Assembly (NCBI GenBank): GCA_040285825.1
Contig: JAUPSS010000003.1
Coordinates: 1,984,001 to 2,048,000 of the forward strand
DNA length: 64,000 bases
DNA from: Eukaryota sp. TZLM1-RC
Lineage: Eukaryota; Protista; Metamonada: BaSk clade
Direction of reading: 5' to 3'
The translations under genes were made by a program, and so were the position numbers. A model generated the notes under the pieces. The model worked only from the letters and a program-made list of their open reading frames with translations. It was not told the DNA's origin and made no database searches. Below are positions 34,611 through 48,320 of the stretch, piece after piece (position 1 is the first letter of the stretch; every line of letters begins with the position of its first letter).

Positions 34611-35969
34611 ATGACATCCATATACGACCACCTACTACCATGCTTTCTATCTGAGTTCTCTGCTTGTTACATGAACTGCTTTTATCACAAGCCTCCCCTT
34701 CTTGCTCAATTTACAGACCACCGATCTTCGTTTATCAATATTACACTGAAGCACCTCCTCACCTCAGTAATCCGCTCTCTTAAACTCAAAGATCCATCCA
34801 TAACAATATACTCTTCCTACTCTGTCTTTCACTCACATTTACCCCTCCTCTCCTTATCCCAGCGAAAGACACTATGTGAGATCATCTTCTCTACTCTTTC
34901 GCCCTTCCATCCTTCTTCTTCGCCATTAGATCCTCATACTCCATTTTTCTCTCCTGATTCTCTTCATCGCCTCACGCACCTTACCACTACCCTACTCCAA
35001 CAAGAGGAAGCCGGAATTGAGCTAAAAAGTGATGTCGAGTTGAAACTAGTTGAAAAGGTGGCCAGTTTAACCAGAGATTTAGATAAAGCCAATAATGAAG
35101 TAACAAGACAACAACAGAATGTGGTGGATTTGGAGCATAAGTTGATGACTGGTGCTATAAATAGTAACAGTCACGATAACGATTGCGATCAGTTTGATTC
35201 AATTAGCACACCAATGCCTCCTTGTAATGTTAAGAATGGACCGACACCCAGAACAGGAAGGTCTGTGCTGTCACGGTCAATGATATCGGAAACTAGTCAA
35301 CGAGAGTCAAATTTGATGACGTCACCTCGGTCAGAAAAGCAACTCAGAACGGAATTATCACGTGTTACTGAAATTTCTGAACAATTGGAGTTTAAAATCA
35401 GAAATGAAGAGGCCAATAAAGCGGTATTGGTAAACCAAGTTGAAAATTTGAGGAAACAGGTGCAAAATTTGGCAGATGATCTAGTGGATCATGTGAAAGT
35501 TAAACGAAAATTTCAATCAGCCAAAGAAAGGATCAGTGAGTTGGAAGATGAGCTCAGTGGTGTAAAATCTGATTTTCAGAAAACAAGCACTGAACTCTCA
35601 CACATTAATCAAATTTTGGAAAAAGAACGGACTGAGAACAAGCGAAAGTTGTACAAATATCAATCGTTCTATGACAGGGTCAACAATAATCAATCAGTTT
35701 CTGTTCAATCAGATTTATTAATGATTGATCTCAACCAACAACTCGAGGATGCAAATCTAGCATTAAAAGGAAGAGAAATTTTGACACTCAAGCTAAAAAA
35801 AAGTCATACAGAGCGCCAAAATTTGATTGAGCAATATGGCCAGATGAGATCCCAACTAGAGTCGTTAGAGGTGGTTAATTCAAAGTTAAACGAGGAAGTT
35901 GAAAATTTGACAAGGGAGTGTGTTTGTTTAAAAACAAAATTTGATATTCAAAATGGTGACGTGGCGTGA
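34611..35969 (+). CDS. Hypothetical coiled-coil protein, 452 aa
   Basis: Long intact ORF with ATG start; heptad-rich C-terminal two-thirds. Confidence 0.75.
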   Translation: MTSIYDHLLPCFLSEFSACYMNCFYHKPPLLAQFTDHRSSFINITLKHLLTSVIRSLKLKDPSITIYSSYSVFHSHLPLLSLSQRKTLCEIIFSTLSPFHPSSSPLDPHTPFFSPDSLHRLTHLTTTLLQQEEAGIELKSDVELKLVEKVASLTRDLDKANNEVTRQQQNVVDLEHKLMTGAINSNSHDNDCDQFDSISTPMPPCNVKNGPTPRTGRSVLSRSMISETSQRESNLMTSPRSEKQLRTELSRVTEISEQLEFKIRNEEANKAVLVNQVENLRKQVQNLADDLVDHVKVKRKFQSAKERISELEDELSGVKSDFQKTSTELSHINQILEKERTENKRKLYKYQSFYDRVNNNQSVSVQSDLLMIDLNQQLEDANLALKGREILTLKLKKSHTERQNLIEQYGQMRSQLESLEVVNSKLNEEVENLTRECVCLKTKFDIQNGDVA

Positions 35970-36649
35970 CGTAGCATCTGGGCTTTTTAGTTTACTGTAT
36001 TATAATGTACTTTTTTATTTCAGCATACAATTCGAGTGTTGTTTTACCCACATTCGATTTTGTATATTTAAGATATATTTAGTTTTTTGAAAAATATTAA
36101 TTATAAACAACATTTTTCGTTTTTCACTTCATCGCTACTACTTAACTACTCCAATCTTCCCATTTAGGTTCTTTTGCCACTGCTATTACTGAAACCAATT
36201 TGCTCAAATTCGTAACGGAAGAAAGATATCGCCAGTGAATTGTTGTGCATTTAGTATAGAAAATTTTTAAATTCTTATCGTTCAAAAACAGTTCTCAGGC
36301 TTGCTAAAACCAATATTTCTTATTTGTTGTTATTTTGGGATATTCAGATTTTGAATTTCAAAAACGATCTGGGTGAGCCATATAAATATTTATTACTGGT
36401 ATTGCACATTTGGCAATCACCACAAAGGAAAATCATCTGACAAAAATTCTTTCTGTTAAACCAAAAAGTTCCAGTCATTGAGCTTGTTACAATTTCTACT
36501 TTTCTAATCGAGGAATTTAGTTTTTTATCTAACAAATTTGTTACTCAGGTAAAATTACTCACATTTTAAGAACAACTCCAAATAATTTACGTGAATTTTG
36601 CTGCTGGTTTATTTATTTGAAAACAACTATATTTTGCATCTATGATTGA

Positions 36650-37750
36650 TGACAATCTCAATCTAATTCGAAACCAAGAATTTGCGCTTCGTTGATGAGT
36701 TGCGAGACTTTGCCCTCCGTATGTCTTAAAATAGACCTGAGTCTCATTTGACAGATTTCCAGAACTTCAGAAGAGGTTCCCGTAATCCCGCTCCCGAATT
36801 TACTGAGGAAAGCGAAGTTAGACCCGAAGATATCCAGTTTAATCTGCACGAAACCCTAGCCGAAGAAGGCCCTGATAATCAAGAGGACAATGAAGTCCCT
36901 CTTCTGTGATCAAACGACTCCGATGTTTCTGATGAAGAGAACCTGATCTGCTGCGTTCTGTTGGAGCCCAAGACCCTGAAGACCTTGAGTCCCTGTTGCT
37001 GCCTTACATTCCAAAATGTATAGCCCCTGATGTATTGAATACATTCCATGTAATCCACCAGATTTCGCCGAAGAAGCCGAAAAAGATCCTTAGTTACCTG
37101 TTGTCCTGTACGCGTGTTGAAGATACAGCCAAAGCGTTCCAGTTGTTTAACCGATTATTTTTGCCCCTAAATTGCCCTAATGCAGACGAAGCCATCACCA
37201 GTTATACTAGAGACTTCGTGAAGATAGCTCGCAAAGTACCTTTCCTCCAGAACGAAGAAGCCTAAGCCAGAAGATTTCTGAATGAAATACGTCCCGAAGC
37301 ACTTAAGATGTTGCTCAGAACTGAAGCCGAAGACTGATTGATCACCTCCATTGCTGAAGTTATTTCCCTATTGAAAAAATTGCTCCCTGACTATCACCGT
37401 CCGTATTCTAGAAATGCCTATCTGTTTGAAAATAGATTAACTCAGAGGTACCAGAATTCCCGTAACCAGCAATCGCCACCCAGAAACCAGAATATCCAAA
37501 GTAGAAAAAACTTCTATAGAACCCCTAAGCAAGCTTCTTCAACTCAGTCCCGTAGATCTGAATCCAAATCAACCCAGTCCCGAACCCGTACTCCTCAATC
37601 TAACCCTTTACAAGAACCGAAATGTTTTTACTGCAGAAAACCCGGACAATTTGCTAAAGGTTGCCCTGAACCTGGCTACAAATCAAGCCAAAATAACCCT
37701 CGTCGTCCTTACCGAAATCCCCGCAATGCTACGCAGCCAAGATTTTACCA
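36650..37750 (+). pseudogene. LTR-retroelement gag relic
   Basis: EAITSYTRDF...RRFLNEIRP gag-like core and degenerate knuckle CFYCRKPGQFAKGC; in-frame stops. Confidence 0.7.
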
Positions 37751-40700
37751 GACAATAATTGGTCCAATTGATTCATTGAGAACAATTGCTGAAATTGTTC
37801 AACAGCGCTATTATCAAATTGGTCTTTCTGTAAATATTTTCAAATGTTTATTGATTGGTAGAGAGCCTGCTGATCTCATTATTGATGATCAAAGTGTTCC
37901 TTTTATCAATTATTTTGAATCAGGATTTCGTTTTTTAGGTTGTTATTTAGGCAATTTTGATGAAATTCGAAATCAACTTTCCTCTCTTTTGGATAATTTT
38001 GAAGAAGAATTGATGGTTTTTTCAGATTTAAATATTGAAAAACATCTCAAATTTTTCTTCCTCAGAATTTGTTATTCAGGGAAATTTACTCATATTTTAC
38101 GATCAACGTCACCATTTATATATCTCGAATTTTGCAGAATTTTTAATGAATTAAGAACAAAATTTTTGGCTAATTTGCTCGATATTGATTCTTGTTTTTA
38201 CGTAGTCATATTTTTTGTAGCACAGAATTGGCAGGCCTGCATTTTCACAAATCAAAATATTTGTGTAAAGCCGCATTCATCGGTGGAGGCAAAAATTTCG
38301 TTTTTGAATTTTTGAAACGTTTTCTTGAAACCAGCATTTAATAGAATGTTGTGTTAGTGACTATTTAGTGTCTTTGCAGAGTGAAATTGAATGCATCTCT
38401 CCTCACATATAGACCAAATGCTTTCCTGCTGATATTCAAGAAATTCCACCCAGGAGTTTGATTTCCTTGAAATTTGCATATGCTAAATTGCAGAAACAGA
38501 TATTAAAAGTTTTTGAAAACTTGGATTTCACTGTTCGTCTTAGCTTGGCTAAAGAAAAGAATCCCTTTTTTGCAAACTTTTTAATTGATCTTAAGAAAGT
38601 AGCTCAAGTTGTCTTATAAATTTTTTCTCCCTCCCTTAGTCAACCCTCTCATATTTCACTTTCTGTCAAGGCGTCAAAGTCTTGTATAAAAATAGTTGCT
38701 TATATGGATGATATATCCTTGATTGGTTCATTTGATTTACTAGAATTGGTTGCTCAAGAAATTGCCGATTCATATGAAAATATTGGCCTTTATCTTAATG
38801 CGAACAAATGTCTTCTGATTGGCTCTTCTGCTCAAGTTCTTGTGATTAACGATTCTATTGTCCCTTTTACTAATTATAGTAGTGATGCTTTTAAGTTCCT
38901 TGGTTGTTGGTTAGGAAACGTGCCTCAAATTCAGAATGATTTGCAAGTTATTTTGGAAAAAATGAAAATTGAACTTGATTCAATTTCTTATTTAGATACA
39001 GAAAAACATATTAAATTTTTCATGCTTAAAATTTGCTACACTGGGAGAATAACCCACATTTTGAGATCTTGTGCTCCTTCCATAGCATTAGATTTTTGTC
39101 GTTCATTTAATTCATTGAGAACAGAATTTTTTGCTGATTTATTGGATGTAGAACCAGGAATGTTGAAAAGTCACTTATATTCTTCAGCAAATTTGGGTGG
39201 TATTGGATTTACTAAATCTTCAATTTTGTGTCAATCAGCATTCTTGGGTGGTGCCAAAAATTTTATTTATGAATTTTCTCGTAGATTTCCTGATGGTTCT
39301 CATCTGTTAGTTCCCAATTGCAGTCCTTATTTGTATGAGTTATCTTGTGAACTTAAAAAATTGCCGCCACAAATTTGGACCAAACGTTTTCCTCAATCAA
39401 TTCAAAAAATTCCAAACCGATCTCTTTTTAATTTACAGTTTTGCTGTAAAAAGCTTCAACATAAATTGTCAAAGATTTTTGAAAGCTTGGATTTTGATGT
39501 TAGACTTGGCTTGGCCAAGAAAAAGAATCCCGCTTTTGCAAATCTTTTACAAGATATGTGTGACAGTGCTTCTTCTGCCTTAGTAACAACAATTCCCCAA
39601 GTTTATGGTACTCTCATAACCGATTCTGCTTGGACTCTCAATATGAGATTTCGTTCCTTTATCTGGCCTGATAATTTACCTCATAATTTAATTTGTAAAT
39701 GTTCTCGAGAAATTACAACTACTCATTTGTTAAATTGTAAACATTGTATTACTTTTAGAAGCAAAGTTCATGATGCTGTAAGAGACCAGTTATATTGTAT
39801 GTGTAAATCTCATAGAATTGAATCCTTCTTGGAACCTCTGTTGTCAAGTCTGTTTGATGCTGAAGATGATTTTCGTAAGAATAATAGAAGTGATGTTATA
39901 TTACCTGGATTAGATGGAAGTTTCATTTTATTGGATGTAATGTCTGTTGATCCTTGTAATGCCTCAAATGAAAGGCTAGTTAATTCTGAAATTCATAATC
40001 CCCTTTCAAATGCTGAAAATTTTAAATTCAAAAAATACAATGAACCTTTGTCCAAATTGGCCAGACTACAGCATGCAAAATAGAATTTGTATCCATTTGT
40101 ATTTTCCCTTTTTGGTTCACTTGCACCAACTGCTTTACGTATTTGGGATGATTTTGAAATGATTGTAAAGAGAAGAACTGGCAAAAATTTCAACAGATTG
40201 TTTTGGCAAAATAGAATTGTGTTTTCTATTTTTAAGGGGATGTCGAAGATGGTTTCTGATGCTTTGCTTTCTCTTGGATCTCACTATGAGAAAGTTGCAT
40301 CTAGTGTTTTTGTTCTGGGAGAGATGGATTTTGTAGATGTTGATTTATAGGTTTTGAATAAAATTAAAATTTTGGTCAAAAAAAAGTTGTCTTATTTCCC
40401 AGATTCCAAATGTATATGGTCCATTATTAAATGATCATCAATGGACAACTGCCTTCAGGATGAGGTGTTTTCTGTGGCCATGTAGTGTGCCAAATGATTT
40501 GATTTGTCGTTGTGGTCAGCTCATTAATCTGAATCATTTATTTAATTGCAAATTTAATATTACATATCGCTCAGTTGTTCACGATGCTGTTAGAGACCAA
40601 CTATACGCTATGTGCAAAAGTCATCACATTGAAGCTTTTGTTGAACCACTTGTGCGAAGGTTGTCATCTGAAAATGAAGATGAAAATACTTTTGGGAAAC

Positions 40701-41220
40701 GCCGTGCTGATTTAATTACCCCTGCGTCTGATGGTGTTATTAAAGTTGTTGATGTTGTCACTGTTGATGTTTGTAAAGACTCAGCAATTGATTTTGCTAA
40801 AAGAGATGAAACTCCACTTTGCTTTTCTGAAAAGAGCAAAATCAAAAAGTACAATGAACCCTTATCTCAGCTAGGACGTGTTGAGCATGTCAAGTATCAG
40901 TTGGTTCCATTTGCTGTTTCTCTTTTTGGTAACATTGGAATATCTGGCATTAAATTTCTTGAAAGTTTCAGAAGTTTAATAAAAGAAAGAGCAGGAAAAG
41001 AATTGAACTTCAATTTCTGGCACAATAGAATTGTTTTTAGTATTCTTAAAGCAATTCCAGAAATGTTGACCAAAGCACTGTTACAATTAGGAATAGAGTA
41101 TGAAAATCGCGAGGTGAAAAGATTGGATGATGTTGATGCGTGTATTGAGGATATTGAGTTCTAGTTTTTTCTTTAATGTTTTGTTAGCGTTGAAAATAAA
41201 TTTCAATTTATTCCAGTTTA
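37750..41220 (+). mobile_element. CRE family F, split by a family A insertion
   Basis: FRFLGCYLG, ICYSGKFTH.. then CRC..HLFNC, RRADL..DV, ends IEDIEF. Confidence 0.88.
38618..40383 (+). mobile_element. CRE family A, both ends intact, large internal deletion
   Basis: A 5' end joined at about 38685 to IKIVAYMDD; TSD AAGTTGTCTTAT (38606-38617, 40384-40395). Confidence 0.92.
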
Positions 41221-41329
41221 TCTCCCGAATTATGACAATCATGTTTTCCCATATCCATTCAAGAAATTCCAGACAGAAGTTTGTATTCATTAAAATTTGC
41301 GTTGAAAAAGCTCCAACGACATCTTTTTG

Positions 41330-42400
41330 CAAAAATTTGAAAGCAAGGATTTTATTGTTCGACTTAGCACGGCTAAGAAAGAAAAATCCTGCTTTGCAAA
41401 TTTTGATTGATTTGAAGGACAGTTCATCTGCAGTTTTGATAAATCAAATTCCCCAGATTTATGGCCTATTTTTGAATGACGACCAATGGACCACTGCTAT
41501 GAGAATGCGTTGTTATTTATGGCCTTTTAATTTGCCCAATGATTTATTTTGCAAATGTGGAGCTAGTTTGACATTATCACATTTATTTAATTGCAATAGA
41601 TTTATTTCCTATCGTTCTACGTTGCATGATGCAGTTAGAGATCAAATCCATGCAATGTGTAATTCTTATCATATTGAATCTTTTGTAGAACCTTTGTTGA
41701 GGTCTCTTAATATAAATGAAAGCGTAAGAGATTCAGAATATTGAAAATGACGTGCTGATGTTGTTGTGCCCTCGTTTGATGATGTCATGAATGTTGTTGA
41801 TGTCGTAACAGTGGATGTTTACAAGAAAAATGCCTTGAAAAATGCTCAATCCGAAGTATCCCCCCTTGATGACTCCGAATTGTACAAACGGAAAAAATAT
41901 TTTTTTTAAAACTGGAATATTTATTGAGATAAAAAAAACCCATCTAGAATTCAATATCCTCCAAACAAGCGTCACTATTACTGAACCTACTCACAGCATT
42001 ACGTTCATATTCTACACCAATAGCTAAAAGTGCCTTTGAAATCATTGTTGGAATAGACTTGAAAATGCAAAAAACAATTCTATTTAACCAGAAAGTGGAG
42101 TTCATTGTTTTACCAGACCTATTCAGTAACACTTTTTTAAAATTTTCAAAAAAATGCAACCCTGAAGGTCCAATATTGCCAAAAAGAGAACAAATATGCA
42201 AATCCTTTAAAAGAATTGAAACATGTTCGCCATGTAGATTACCAAATTTGCCCATTTGCTATATCGTTGTATGGTCGTCTTGGAAAAACTGCTATGAATT
42301 TTATTGATGATTTTGAAAATCTTGTGAAAAGAAGAATGAATAAGCGTTTTGATCGTCGCTTGTGGCTAAATCGTATTGTTTTTACTATTTTCAAATCAAT
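41330..42400 (+). mobile_element. CRE family G fragment with antisense family C insert (about 41900-42190)
   Basis: CKC..HLFNC, LHDAVRD, RFDRRLWLNRIVF; C 3' end on the minus strand. Confidence 0.85.
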
Positions 42401-43778
42401 TCCTAAAATTTTTCATGCTTAAAATTTGCTACACTGGGAGAATAACCCACATTTTGAGATCTTGTGCTCCATCCATAGCTTTAGATTTTTGTCGTTCTTT
42501 TAATTCATTGAGAACAGAATTTTTTGCTGATTTATTGGATGTAGAACCAGAAATGTTGAAAAACCACTTATTTTCTTCAGCAAATTTGGGTGGTATTGGA
42601 TTTACTAAATCTTCAATTTTGTGTCAATCAGCATTCTTGGGTGGTGGCAAAAATTTTATTTATGAATTTTCTCGTAGATTTCCTGATGATTCTCATCTGT
42701 TAGTTCCCAATTGCAGTCCTTATTTGTATGAGTTATCTTGTGAACTTGAAAAATTGCCGCCACAAATTTGGACCAAATGTTTTCCTCAATCAATTCAAGA
42801 AATTCCAAACCGATCTCTTTTTAATTTACAGTTTTGCTGTAAAAAGCTTCAACAAAAATTGTCAAAGATTTTTGAAAGCTTGGATTTTGATGTTAGACTT
42901 GGCTTGGCCAAGAAAAAGAATCCCGCTTTTGCAAATCTTTTACAAGATATGTGTGACAGTACTTCTTCTGCCTTAGTAACAACAATTCCACAAGTTTATG
43001 GTACTCTCTTATCCGATTCTGCTTGGACTCTGAATATGAGATTTCGTTCCTTTATCTGGCCTGATAATTTACCTCATAATTTAATTTGTAAATGTTCTCG
43101 AGAAATTACAACTACTCATTTTTTAAATTGTAAACATTTTATTACTTTTAGAAGCAAGGTTCATGATGCTGTAAGAGACCAGTTATATTGTATGTGTAAA
43201 TCTCATAGAATTGAATCCTTCTTGGAACCTCTGTTGTCAAATCTGTTTGATGCTGAAGATGATTTTCATAAGAATAATAGAGGTGATGTTATGTTACCTG
43301 GATTAGATGGAAGTTTCATTTTATTGGATGTAATGTCTGTTGATCCTTGTAATGCCTCAAATGAAAGGCTAGTTAATTCTGAAATTCATAATCCCCTTTC
43401 AAATGCTGAAAATTTTAAATTCAAAAAATACAATGAACCTTTGTCCAAATTGGCCAGTCTACAGCATGCAAAATACAATTTGTATCCATTTGTATTTTCC
43501 CTTTTTGGTTCACTTGCACCAACTGCTTTACGTTTTTTGGATGATTTTGAAATGATTGTAAAGAGAAGAATTGGCAGAAATTTCAACAGATTGTTTTGGC
43601 AAAATAGAATTGTGTTTTCTATTTTTAAGGGGATGTTGAAGATGGTCTCTGATGCTTTGCTTTCTCTTGGATCTCACTATGAGAGAGTTGCATCTAGTGT
43701 TTTTGTTCTGGGAGAGATGGATTTTTTAGATGTTGATTTATAGGTTTTGAATAAAATTAAAATTTTGGTAAAAAAAAA
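42400..43778 (+). mobile_element. 5'-truncated CRE family A
   Basis: ORF to ..DFLDVDL, A tail. Confidence 0.92.
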
Positions 43779-46700
43779 GTTTTTAACAAATCAAAGGAAA
43801 TGCCTGAAGGACCAGCAGCTTTTCCTTTTGGTAATTTAGCAACGGCATTCAATACTTCTTGAGCCTGAAATGGATTATGGAGCCAAAATTGACAAATAGA
43901 AGGCTTACTGGGGCAAAAATGTTCAGTTGGATGGAGGGATTTCAATTTTTCAACAATTTCGAGATTAGTATCAGCCAGTTTTCCCGAAAAGATATTTTTT
44001 AATCCGCTTCCATATCTACCTCTCAAAAACAATTTTCTTGCTTGAAAAGATGAATTAGCTTTTCTCTGTTTTGGTTTGTAATTAATTTTCTTCTTATTCT
44101 TTTTGGCAAAGAATTTCCAAAATCTTGTTATGTTCCATTTGTTTAATTTCAGTTGCGAAGAAAAAGAACGCATTTCCATTGACAAAGGAACAGAACTGGC
44201 AGGACTCACCTCTACAGGAATTTTAACAGGTGCACGAAGAGAATCACTTGTTTGACAGTCAAAACAAAACAAGAGAGGGCGACCATTAGAAGAATTAGAG
44301 AGGAACTTTTTGCAAAGAGGACAACTGTAAAAAAAAGGACTCAAATGAAAGGCTTGTTAATTCTGAAATTCATAATCTTCTTTCAAATGCTGAAAATTTC
44401 AAACTCAAAAGATACAATGAACCATTGTCCAAATTGGCCAGTCTACAGCATGCAAAATACAATTTGTATCCATTTGTATTTTCCCTTTTTGGTTCACTTG
44501 CACCAACTGCTTTACGTTTTTTGGATGATTTTGAAATGATTGTAAAGAGAAGAATTGGCAGAAATTTCAACAGATTGTTTTGGCAAAATAGAATTGTGTT
44601 TTCTATTTTTAAGGGGATGTTGAAGATGGTCTCTGATGCTTTGCTTTCTCTTGGATCTCACTATGAGAGAGTTGCATCTAGTGTTTTTGTTCTGGGAGAG
44701 ATGGATTTTTTAGATGTTGATTTATAGGTTTTGAATAAAATTAAAATTTTGGTAAAAAAAAAGTTTTAACAAATCAAAGGAAATGCCTGAAGGACCAGCA
44801 GCTTTTCCTTTTGGTAATTTAGCAACGGCATTCAATACTTCTTGAGCCTGAAATGGATTTTCGAGCCAATATTGACAAATAGAAGGCTTACTGGGGCAAA
44901 AATGTTCAGTTGGATGGAGGGATTTCAATTTTTCAACAGTTTCGAGATTGGTATCAGCCAGTTTTCCCGAAAAAATATTTTTTAATCCGCTTCCATATCT
45001 ACCTCTCAAAAACAATTTTCTTGCTTGAAAAGATGAATTAGCTTTTCTCTGTTTTGGTTTGTAATTAATTTTCTTCTTATTCTTTTTGGCAAAGAATTTC
45101 CAAAATCTTGTTATGTTCCATTTGTTTAATTTCAATTGCGAAGAAAAAGAACGCATTTCCATTGACAAAGGAACAGAACTGGCAGGACTCACCTCTACAG
45201 GAATTTTAACAGGTGCACGAAGAGAATCACTTGTTTGACAGTCAAAACAAAACAAGAGAGGGCGACCATTAGAAGAATTAGAGAGGAACTTTTTGCAAAG
45301 AGGACAACTGTAAAAAAAAGGACTCAAATGAAAGGCTTGTTAATTCTGAAATTCATAATCTTCTTTCAAATGCTGAAAATTTCAAACTCAAAAGATACAA
45401 TGAACCATTGTCCAAATTGGCCAGTCTACAGCATGCAAAATACAATTTGTATCCATTTGTATTTTCCCTTTTTGGTTCACTTGCACCAACTGCTTTACGT
45501 TTTTTGGATGATTTTGAAATGATTGTAAAGAGAAGAATTGGCAGAAATTTCAACAGATTGTTTTGGCAAAATAGAATTGTGTTTTCTATTTTTAAGGGGA
45601 TGTTGAAGATGGTCTCTGATGCTTTGCTTTCTCTTGGATCTCACTATGAGAGAGTTGCATCTAGTGTTTTTGTTCTGGGAGAGATGGATTTTTTAGATGT
45701 TGATTTATAGGTTTTGAATAAAATTAAAATTTTGGTAAAAAAAAAGTTTTTAACAAATCAAAGGAAATGCCTGAAGGACCAGCAGCTTTTCCTTTTGGTA
45801 ATTTAGCAACGGCATTCAATACTTCTTGAGCCTGAAATGGATTTTCGAGCCAATATTGACAAATAGAAGGCTTACTGGGGCAAAAATGTTCAGTTGGATG
45901 GAGGGATTTCAATTTTTCAACAGTTTCGAGATTGGTATCAGCCAGTTTTCCCGAAAAAATATTTTTTAATCCGCTTCCATATCTACCTCTCAAAAACAAT
46001 TTTCTTGCTTGAAAAGATGAATTAGCTTTTCTCTGTTTTGGTTTGTAATTAATTTTCTTCTTATTCTTTTTGGCAAAGAATTTCCAAAATCTTGTTATGT
46101 TCCATTTGTTTAATTTCAGTTGCGAAGAAAAAGAACGCATTTCCATTGACAAAGGAACAGAACTGGCAGGACTCACCTCTACAGGAATTTTAACAGGTGC
46201 ACGAAGAGAATCACTTGTTTGACAGTCAAAACAAAACAAGAGAGGGCGACCATTAGAAGAATTAGAGAGGAACTTTTTGCAAAGAGGACAACTGTAAAAA
46301 AAAGGACTCAAATGAAAGGCTTGTTAATTCTGAAATTCATAATCTTCTTTCAAATGCTGAAAATTTCAAACTCAAAAGATACAATGAACCATTGTCCAAA
46401 TTGGCCAGTCTACAGCATGCAAAATACAATTTGTATCCATTTGTATTTTCCCTTTATGGTTCATTTGCACCAACTGCTTTACGTTTTTTGAATGATTTTG
46501 AATTGATTGTAAAGAGAAGAATTGGCAGAAATTTCAACAGATTGTTTTGGCAAAATAGAATTGTGTTTTCTATTTTTAAGGGGATGTTGAAGATGGTCTC
46601 TGATGCTTTGCTTTCTCTTGGATCTCACTATGAGAGAGTTGCATCTAGTGTTTTTGTTCTGGGAGAGATGGATTTTTTAGATGTTGATTTATAGGTTTTG

Positions 46701-48320
46701 AATAATATTAAAATTTTGGTAAAAAAAAAGTTTTTAACAAATCAAAGGAAATGCCTGCAGGACCAGCAGCTTTTCCTTTTGGTAATTTAGCAACGGCATT
46801 CAATACTTCTTGAGCCTGAAATGGATTATCGAGCCAATATTGACAAATAGAAGGCTTACTGGGGCAAAAATGTTCAGTTGGATGGAGGGATTTCAACTTT
46901 TCAACAGTTTCGAGATTAGTATCAGCCAGTTTTCCCGAAAAAATATTTTTTAATCCGCTTCCATATCTACCTCTCAAAAACAATTTTCTTGCTTGAAAAG
47001 ATGAATTAGCTTTTCTCTGTTTTGGTTTGTAATTAATTTTCTTCTTATTCTTTTTGGCAAAGAATTTCCAAAATCTTGTTATGTTCCATTTGTTTAATTT
47101 CAGTTGCGAAGAAAAAGAACGCATTTCCATTGACAAAGGAACAGAACTGGCAGGACTCACCTCTACAGGAATTTTAACAGGTGCACGAAGAGAATCACTT
47201 GTTTGACAGTCAAAACAAAACAAGAGAGGGCGACCATTAGAAGAATTAGAGAGGAACTTTTTGCAAAGAGGACAACTGTAAAAAAAGGACTCAAATGAAA
47301 GGCTTGTTAATTCTGAAATTCATAATCTTCTTTCAAATGCTGAAAATTTCAAACTCAAAAGATACAATGAACCATTGTCCAAATTGGCCAGTCTACAGCA
47401 TGCAAAATACAATTTGTATCCATTTGTATTTTCCCTTTTTGGTTCACTTGCACCAACTGCTTTACGTTTTTTGAATGATTTTGAAATGATTGTAAAGAGA
47501 AGAATTGGCAGAAATTTCAACAGATTGTTTTGGCAAAATAGAATTGTGTTTTCTATTTTTAAGGGGATGTTGAAGATGGTCTCTGATGCTTTGCTTTCTC
47601 TTGGATCTCACTATGAGAGAGTTGCATCTAGTGTTTTTGTTCTGGGAGAGATGGATTTTTTAGATGTTGATTTATAGGTTTTGAATAAAATTAAAATTTT
47701 GGTAAAAAAAAGTTTTTAACAAATCAAAGGAAATGCCTGAAGGACCAGCAGCTTTTCCTTTTGGTAATTTAGCAACGGCATTCAATACTTCTTGAGCCTG
47801 AAATGGATTATGGAGCCAAAATTGACAAATAGAAGGCTTACTGGGGCAAAAATGTTCAGTTGGATGGAGGGATTTCAATTTTTCAACAATTTCGAGATTA
47901 TTATCAGCCAGTTTTCCCGAAAAGATATTTTTTAATCCGCTTCCATATCTACCTCTCAAAAACAATTTTCTTGCTTGAAAAGATGAATTAGCTTTTCTCT
48001 GTTTTGGTTTGTAATTAATTTTCTTCTTATTCTTTTTGGCAAAGAATTTCCAAAATCTTGTTATGTTCCATTTGTTTAATTTCAGTTGCGAAGAAAAAGA
48101 ACGCATTTCCATTGACAAAGGAACAGAACTGGCAGGACTCACCTCTACAGGAATTTTAACAGGTGCACGAAGAGAATCACTTGTTTGACAGTCAAAACAA
48201 AACAAGAGAGGGCGACCATTAGAAGAATTAGAGAGGAACTTTTTGCAAAGAGGACAACTATAAAAAAAAGGACTCAAATGAAAGGCTTGTTAATTCTGAA
48301 ATTCATAATCCTCTTTCAAA
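43779..48320. repeat. Tandem array, 983-984-bp unit: antisense CRE N-terminal fragment plus sense family A 3' end
   Basis: Junction GGAC|TCAAATG at 44341, 45324, 46308, 47291, 48274. Confidence 0.97.

Noticed and set aside
37338-38315. Novel gag-CRE RT fusion protein
   Set aside because: Chance in-frame junction of a stop-containing gag relic with a 5'-truncated CRE lacking YMDD
43757-48277. Repeated 195-201-aa minus-strand and 95-100-aa plus-strand ORFs as a gene family
   Set aside because: Fragments of CRE ORFs; starts and ends come from junction sequence
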